This document shows, piece by piece, positions 58,448 to 64,000 of a DNA stretch of 64,000 nt. The stretch comes from Spirochaetia bacterium (lineage in GTDB: Bacteria; Spirochaetota; Spirochaetia; CAKZLE01). The stretch spans positions 3,872,001-3,936,000 of the forward strand of contig OY782041.1 in assembly GCA_963677595.1 (NCBI GenBank), written 5' to 3'. Position 1 is the stretch's first letter, and every line of letters begins with the position of its first letter. The translations under genes were made by a program, and so were the position numbers. A model generated the notes under the pieces. It made no database searches. It had not been told where the DNA came from and saw nothing but the letters and a program-made list of their open reading frames with translations.

Positions 58448-59492
58448 CACATTCGGCAGTATCGTGACGATCACCACCTTCGGTGAATCACACGGGAAGG
58501 CGATCGGCGTCATCCTCGATGGGATCGAGTCAGGCTTCCCCGTTGACGTGGAAGCGATCCAGCATGAGCTAGACCGGAGGCGTCCGGGCCAGAGCAGCGT
58601 CACCACTCCCCGCAAGGAGTCAGATACCGTAATGGTCCTCTCAGGGCTCTATGAGGGCATGACCCTCGGGACCCCGGTTGCCATGGTCATCCAGAACGCA
58701 GACCAGCACAGCAGGGACTACTCGAACCTGAAGGACCTCTTCAGGCCGGGACATGCTGACTACACCTACCAGGAGAAGTACGGGATCCGCGATCACCGCG
58801 GCGGCGGCCGGTCCTCAGGCCGGGAGACCGCCGCCAGGGTAGCTGCCGGGGCACTCGCCCGGCAAGTGCTCTCTTCCAAGGGGATCGAGATAACCGCCTA
58901 CACGAAGGAGGCTGCCGGTATCGCCTGCTCCACGATCGACTACTCGGTCATCGAGCAGAACATACTGAGGGCACCTGACCTTGATGCGGCAGCTAGTATG
59001 CTCGAACGCATGGAGGATATCATAGACCGGGGAGACAGCTGCGGCGGCATCGTCGAATGCGTTATCAGCGGTGTCCCTGCAGGGCTGGGGGATCCCATGT
59101 TCAAGAAGCTCGATGCTCTTCTCTCCCTGGCGGTCGTCTCCATCGGTGCCGTGAAGGGGATAGAGTTCGGACTCGGCTTCAAGGCAGCAGGCCTGACCGG
59201 TTCCCAGAACAATGACTCCTTCGACGGGGAGCATTGGGGGAACAATGCAGGTGGTATCCTCGGCGGGATCAGCACCGGTGAGGAGATCATCTTCCGATGT
59301 CCGGTCAAACCGACCCCCTCCATCTCGATCGAGCAGCAGACGATGAACAGCGATGGTGAGGTGGAGCTGATCCAGATCAAAGGTCGTCATGACCCCTGCA
59401 TCTGTCCGAGAATCGTCCCCGTGATCGAATCGATGGCAGCCCTGACGCTGCTCGATGCCTATTATGCCCAGTTTGGTAGAGGAAGAGGATGA
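58437..59492 (+). CDS. aroC: Chorismate synthase
   Basis: TFGESHG, RRRPG, RPGHAD, GGGRSSGRETAARVAAG, VKPTPSI, GRHDPC. Confidence 0.97.
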   Translation: MSSNTFGSIVTITTFGESHGKAIGVILDGIESGFPVDVEAIQHELDRRRPGQSSVTTPRKESDTVMVLSGLYEGMTLGTPVAMVIQNADQHSRDYSNLKDLFRPGHADYTYQEKYGIRDHRGGGRSSGRETAARVAAGALARQVLSSKGIEITAYTKEAAGIACSTIDYSVIEQNILRAPDLDAAASMLERMEDIIDRGDSCGGIVECVISGVPAGLGDPMFKKLDALLSLAVVSIGAVKGIEFGLGFKAAGLTGSQNNDSFDGEHWGNNAGGILGGISTGEEIIFRCPVKPTPSISIEQQTMNSDGEVELIQIKGRHDPCICPRIVPVIESMAALTLLDAYYAQFGRGRG

Positions 59493-60271
59493 GAGTAGGC
59501 TGCTACCAGTTCGAGCCGATTCCCTTCGGCGTTGAGGAGAACTGCACGACCATCAGCAAAATGATCTCTGAAGCAGGTCTAGACCTGCTTGTCTTCCCTG
59601 AACTCTCACTCTCCGGCTACGTCTTCGAGACGGCAGAGGAGCTGTATGCGGTATCTTTGAGGGCAGAAAGCCATCAGTTCAAGCCTGTTCAGGAAGCTGT
59701 GGACCGTTCCGGCTGCGCTGCGGTGATCGGGTTCGCGGAGGCTGGGGAGCAGGATCATACGGTGTACAACAGCTCGATCTGCCTCAAGCCTGGGGAGGTT
59801 CCGACTGTCTACCGGAAGGCCCACCTCTTCGGGACGGAGACCCTCTTCTTCTCACCCGGTGATTCCGGGTTCTTCACCTTCGACTATCTCGACACCAGGA
59901 TTGGGATGCTCGTCTGTTTCGACCACTACTTCCCTGAGGCTGCCAGGTCGCTCATGCTCTCCGGGGCACAGGTGATCTGCCATCCCTCGAACCTCGTGCT
60001 CGAGGGTGCGGCACAGCTCACCACGAGGGTACGGGCCATGGAGAACCGTGTATTCTGGCTGCTTGGGAACCGATGCGGAGCCCAGGGGGAGCTCACCTTC
60101 ACCGGCGGGTCGCAGATCGTCGCCCCGAATGGCGGTATCCTCGCGAATGCCGGCAGGGATACCACAGAACTGATCACCGCGGTGATCGACCCGGGTCTTT
60201 CAGATGACAAGCATATCTCCCGGTACAATGAGATACTGCAAGATCGAAGGACCGACCTCTATTCGACCTGA
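59489..60271 (+). CDS. Carbon-nitrogen hydrolase (nitrilase superfamily)
   Basis: Catalytic triad motifs FPE, YRKAHL, CFD. Confidence 0.9.
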   Translation: MRVGCYQFEPIPFGVEENCTTISKMISEAGLDLLVFPELSLSGYVFETAEELYAVSLRAESHQFKPVQEAVDRSGCAAVIGFAEAGEQDHTVYNSSICLKPGEVPTVYRKAHLFGTETLFFSPGDSGFFTFDYLDTRIGMLVCFDHYFPEAARSLMLSGAQVICHPSNLVLEGAAQLTTRVRAMENRVFWLLGNRCGAQGELTFTGGSQIVAPNGGILANAGRDTTELITAVIDPGLSDDKHISRYNEILQDRRTDLYST

Positions 60272-60278
60272 AACGCCT

Positions 60279-61766
60279 ATGAGAGAAGACCTGCATGAAC
60301 TGACCAGGGAACTGAACCCCCTGCACATCCATGGTGCTGCACCAATAGGGTGCTGTCACATCACCAATGACTCCCGTGAGTGCAAGCCTGGTTCTATCTA
60401 TGCCGCGCTGCCCGGGTCCCTGACGGACGGGCACCGCTTCATCTACCAGGCCATCGATGCCGGGGCTGTATGCATCATACATGAGCTCCCGCTCTCCTCC
60501 TATGCAGCAGATATTCTCTACCTCCAGGTCCCGTGCGCACGCAAGGCTCTTTCGTACGCGAGTTCCTGGCTCTATGAGACTGATCGTTCCCCGATCAAGG
60601 TAGTCGGGGTTACCGGCACGGACGGGAAATCGTCTACCTGCCACTTCATCTACCAGCTGCTCCATGCAGTGGGGATCCCTTGCAGCCTCCTGACCACGGT
60701 CTCGTATGATGACGGGTCGGGACTCCGTCCCAACCCGGGCCGCATGACGACCCCTGAAGCCCCTGCGATCCATAGGTTCCTCCATGATTCCCTGCAGAAC
60801 GGTGCGTCGATCGCGATCCTCGAAGCGTCCTCCCATGCCCTCTCAGAGAAGACCCACCGTCTTGCCGACCTGAGGTTCTCCCTCGCTGTCACGACGACGA
60901 TCAGCAGCGAGCACCTAGACTTCCATGGCTCGATCGACGAGTATATCGCGGACAAGCTCTCCATCTATTCCCGACTGGATGGGAAGGCTGTCGCACAGGC
61001 AGGCTCCCCTTACAGGGAACGCATGGTCGGACTCTCCCCGGAAGCACCCCTCACCTACGGCGTTGATGATAGGACTGCCGACCTTGCGTTCATCCCAGGT
61101 GGGGAACGCCTCCATCTCAGGAGCAGCTGCTATGGTATAGCAAGAGACATGCCTGCCCCCTTCGGGCAGCCGTTCTTCCTCCTCGATGCGGCAGCAGCCC
61201 TCATCGCTGCCATAGAGCTTGCCGGCAGGGACCGTATCCCGGAACTGGTCGAGGCCTGTTCCCGGCTGCAGCTCATCACGGGGCGATGCAATGAGATCTC
61301 CTTCTCCGGCCGGCTGGCCGTCATCGACTATGCCCATACTGCGGATTCGTTCGAGCGGCTCTTCCAACATTACCGGAAACAGTACCCCAGAAACAGGTTC
61401 ATCACCGTCTTCGGCTCAGCCGGCAGGAGGGACCACGGGAAGCGTGCGGCAATGGGTCATACAGCTGCCGCTGACTCACAACTGGTCATCATCACCAACG
61501 AGGACCCGAGGGACGAGGACCCGGGTGCTATCTACGAAGAGATTACCGCCGGGGTACCGAAATTAGAGAGAGGGGTCTTCACCCGGATCGACGACCGCCG
61601 TGAGGCGATGAGGTCCGCAGTAGCCGGCTCCCTCCCCGGTGATATCCTCTTCTTCCTTGGGAAGGGGCATGAGTCCTCGATCGTCATCGGGGAAGAAGCT
61701 GTCCCCTGGGACGAGGAAGCCGAGCTGAAGCGTATGATCAACAGGGAGGGACTATGGAAACACTGA
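60279..61766 (+). CDS. murE: UDP-MurNAc-dipeptide:diamino acid ligase MurE
   Basis: TNDSR, GVTGTDGKSST, TTPEA, EASSH, EHLDFH, DYAHT, NEDPR, GKGHE; start ATG 60279. Confidence 0.92.
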   Translation: MREDLHELTRELNPLHIHGAAPIGCCHITNDSRECKPGSIYAALPGSLTDGHRFIYQAIDAGAVCIIHELPLSSYAADILYLQVPCARKALSYASSWLYETDRSPIKVVGVTGTDGKSSTCHFIYQLLHAVGIPCSLLTTVSYDDGSGLRPNPGRMTTPEAPAIHRFLHDSLQNGASIAILEASSHALSEKTHRLADLRFSLAVTTTISSEHLDFHGSIDEYIADKLSIYSRLDGKAVAQAGSPYRERMVGLSPEAPLTYGVDDRTADLAFIPGGERLHLRSSCYGIARDMPAPFGQPFFLLDAAAALIAAIELAGRDRIPELVEACSRLQLITGRCNEISFSGRLAVIDYAHTADSFERLFQHYRKQYPRNRFITVFGSAGRRDHGKRAAMGHTAAADSQLVIITNEDPRDEDPGAIYEEITAGVPKLERGVFTRIDDRREAMRSAVAGSLPGDILFFLGKGHESSIVIGEEAVPWDEEAELKRMINREGLWKH

Positions 61767-62815
61767 TGCTGCTCTACGGCGGGAACTCTACCGAACATGA
61801 GGTCTCCTGCCTCTCCGCGGAGAACATCTACAGCCTGCTTGCAGGTATTGGCTATGACCTCATCCCTGTCGGTATCTCCCGCAGCGGGTCCTTCTACCTC
61901 CAGGAGCCTGAGATGATGGCGTCCGGAGAGGTAACAGTCGTCGAGGATCCTGCCATGGAGCTGCTCATCAAGCCCGGGACCGGGTTCCTCCTCCAAGGCG
62001 CGGTCCTGAACCCCGATGTCATACTCCCGGTGACCCACGGGACCTTCGGCGAGGATGGCATACTGCAGGGACTGCTCTCCATGCTGCCCTTCCCCTACAT
62101 CGGCTCTGACCATGCCGCGAGCGCGGCTGGCATGAGGAAATCGTCCACGAAGCGGCTCCTCTCCCCTGACATACCCATCACCCCCTACCGGCTCTGTGAT
62201 GACTCGAGCCTGCCTGATACCTCTGAGGTGATCAGGGTATTCGGTCTTCCCCTCGTCGTGAAGCCCGACTGCGGCGGGTCATCGGTAGGAGTCTCCATCA
62301 TCCATGACGCACCTTCACTGATCCCTGCTGTCAGGACAGCCCTGCAGTATGATGATGCGGTCCTCATCGAACCCTGCATCAACGCGATCGAGATCGAGTG
62401 CGGAGTCTTCGGGACACGCCATGACGTGAGTGCCACGCTCCCAGGGACGGTATCCCCTTCCCATGGCTTCTACAGCTATGAGGAGAAGTACCACGACCCG
62501 CTTCTTGCCTACACGATCCCGGCGCCGCTCGAGCAGGCCATGCTTTCCCGTATCCAGGAGTATGCTCGGTCAGCCTTCTCCCTGCTCGGGTGTTCGGGTT
62601 TCGCCCGGGTCGACTTCTTCCTCGACCGGGATAGTGGAGAGCTCTATCTCAATGAGATCAATACGATACCGGGGCTCACTCCAACGAGCCTTTTCCTCAA
62701 GCTTGTCGAGGCCAGCGGCATCACGCTCCCTGCGCTCTTCTCCCGGCTGGTCGATGATGCTGTGACCTCCTATAGGAAGAGACGTTCGCTCGTGAGGGAT
62801 ATTCCCTCCCCATGA
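61754..62815 (+). CDS. ddl: D-alanine--D-alanine ligase
   Basis: GGNSTEHEVS, HGTFGEDG, GSSVG, FYSYEEKY (Tyr omega loop), RVDFF, NEINTIPG. Confidence 0.95.
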   Translation: METLMLLYGGNSTEHEVSCLSAENIYSLLAGIGYDLIPVGISRSGSFYLQEPEMMASGEVTVVEDPAMELLIKPGTGFLLQGAVLNPDVILPVTHGTFGEDGILQGLLSMLPFPYIGSDHAASAAGMRKSSTKRLLSPDIPITPYRLCDDSSLPDTSEVIRVFGLPLVVKPDCGGSSVGVSIIHDAPSLIPAVRTALQYDDAVLIEPCINAIEIECGVFGTRHDVSATLPGTVSPSHGFYSYEEKYHDPLLAYTIPAPLEQAMLSRIQEYARSAFSLLGCSGFARVDFFLDRDSGELYLNEINTIPGLTPTSLFLKLVEASGITLPALFSRLVDDAVTSYRKRRSLVRDIPSP

Positions 62816-64000
62816 GTGATACCTGGTTCTTCCATATCGACCTTGATGCGTTCTACGCCTCTGTGGAACAGTATGACGACCCTTCCCTCAAGGGGCGTCC
62901 AGTCATCGTCGGGGGAGCCGACTCAAACCGGGGAGTCGTCTCAGCCTGTTCCTACGAGGCACGGAAGTACGGGGTACACTCCGCGATGCCGATCTTCAAG
63001 GCACGGGAGCTCTGCCCAAAGGGTGTCTACCTTCCTGTCAGGATGAAGCGGTACCAGCGGGTCAGCGAGCATATCATGTCGATCTTCTCCCGCTACAGCC
63101 CGGTCATGCAGCAGATATCCATCGATGAGGCCTTCCTCGACATGACCGGCACGGTATCGCTCTGGGGACCTGTCGAGGAGACGGCGCAGAGGCTGCAGCA
63201 GGATGTCTACGCCGAGTCGGGACTTACCGCCTCGATCGGGGTGGCTCCGAACAAATATATCGCGAAGATGGCATCGGACCGCAACAAGCCGAACGGGATC
63301 TGCTTCGTACCACAGGGCGGTGAGTATGAGTTCATCTCTTCCCAGCCGTTCAGTAAACTCTGGGGAATCGGGCAGAAGGGACGGGAGAACCTCTATCGTC
63401 ACCAGATCACCTCGGTCGATTCACTGCGCTCCTTCTCGCTCGAGTGGCTCCAGCGGACCTTCGGCGAGGCTTCGGGGAGTTTCTACTACCATGCGGTTCG
63501 GGGGATCGACCCGGGGATCTTCTCCACGGTCCAGAAGAGCCGCTCGGTGAGCAACGAGATCACCCTCGAGGAGGATACGGCTGATATGGAACAGCTCAGG
63601 GGGATGATCCACCAGCTTTCGCACCATGTGATGTTCAGGCTCTTGAAGAACGGGCTCACGGCAACGACGGTCGGTGTGAAGTACAAGCTCTCCAACTTCA
63701 CTGTACACTCTGCCCAGGTGACCCCGGTAAAGCCGATCTACTCTGCCGAGGAGATCTACTCCTACGTCTGGGCGCTCTTCACCGAGCGATGGGACCACTC
63801 TTCCCCCATCCGGCTGATCGGCGTGACGGTGAACTCCCTGCAGGAGCGGGCCGTTCCCCTCCAGGAGGAGCTCTTCGAGGATGATTTCAAGCGCAAGCAC
63901 ACCGTCGAGAAGACGGTGCTGAAGCTCAGGTCGATGGGGAACCGGATCATGAAGGCATCGGACCTCCTCGGGGAGAATCGAATCACAGGAAAGAAGGACT
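62812..64000 (+). CDS. dinB: DNA polymerase IV (stop codon just beyond window)
   Basis: Manual translation from ATG 62812: MSDTWFFHIDLDAFYASVEQ, CSYEARKYGV, SIDEAFLD, AKMASD.NKPNG; frame reads ...RITGKKD at the window edge. Confidence 0.95.
   Translation, partial: MSDTWFFHIDLDAFYASVEQYDDPSLKGRPVIVGGADSNRGVVSACSYEARKYGVHSAMPIFKARELCPKGVYLPVRMKRYQRVSEHIMSIFSRYSPVMQQISIDEAFLDMTGTVSLWGPVEETAQRLQQDVYAESGLTASIGVAPNKYIAKMASDRNKPNGICFVPQGGEYEFISSQPFSKLWGIGQKGRENLYRHQITSVDSLRSFSLEWLQRTFGEASGSFYYHAVRGIDPGIFSTVQKSRSVSNEITLEEDTADMEQLRGMIHQLSHHVMFRLLKNGLTATTVGVKYKLSNFTVHSAQVTPVKPIYSAEEIYSYVWALFTERWDHSSPIRLIGVTVNSLQERAVPLQEELFEDDFKRKHTVEKTVLKLRSMGNRIMKASDLLGENRITGKKD

Overview
A 64-kb chromosomal window, most likely from a free-living spirochete of Sphaerochaeta/Spirochaetaceae type. 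That inference rests on tamB-bamA-mutS synteny, 'FAGG..E' solute-binding-protein signal peptides, an spdEFG2-like EF-G and an EDPR-type MurE. All product calls come from motifs read by eye; no database searches were run. Positions 1-28.6 kb and 55.6-64 kb are mostly housekeeping genes: mutS (5' end), bamA, tamB, mutS2, rsgA, rluD-like, yggS, tRNA-Val, two divergent EF-G paralogues, trmB, mfd, nrdR, dGTPase-like, aroK, aroC, murE, ddl and dinB. Two accessory regions stand out. (1) A ~2-kb AT-richer islet beside tRNA-Val carries a Schlafen/AlbA_2-ATPase-HTH gene and is bracketed by a degenerate ~30-bp direct repeat. (2) A ~26.5-kb catabolic island (28.7-55.2 kb) encodes three lactonases of two folds, a 4-hydroxybutyrate-dehydrogenase-like Fe-ADH, a split transketolase, RpiB and RbsD homologues with altered substrate residues, a class II aldolase, a TIM-barrel epimerase and a VOC protein. 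It also has two paralogous sugar ABC systems, a TRAP system, two MFS carriers and a DeoR regulator, but no sugar kinase. This island is the best candidate for an undescribed system: a kinase-free lactone or sugar-acid pathway with recognisable shared operator motifs. Other notable points are four apparently leaderless genes, a membrane-anchored shikimate kinase, the absence of skp from the bamA operon and a 56-aa gene not in the ORF track.
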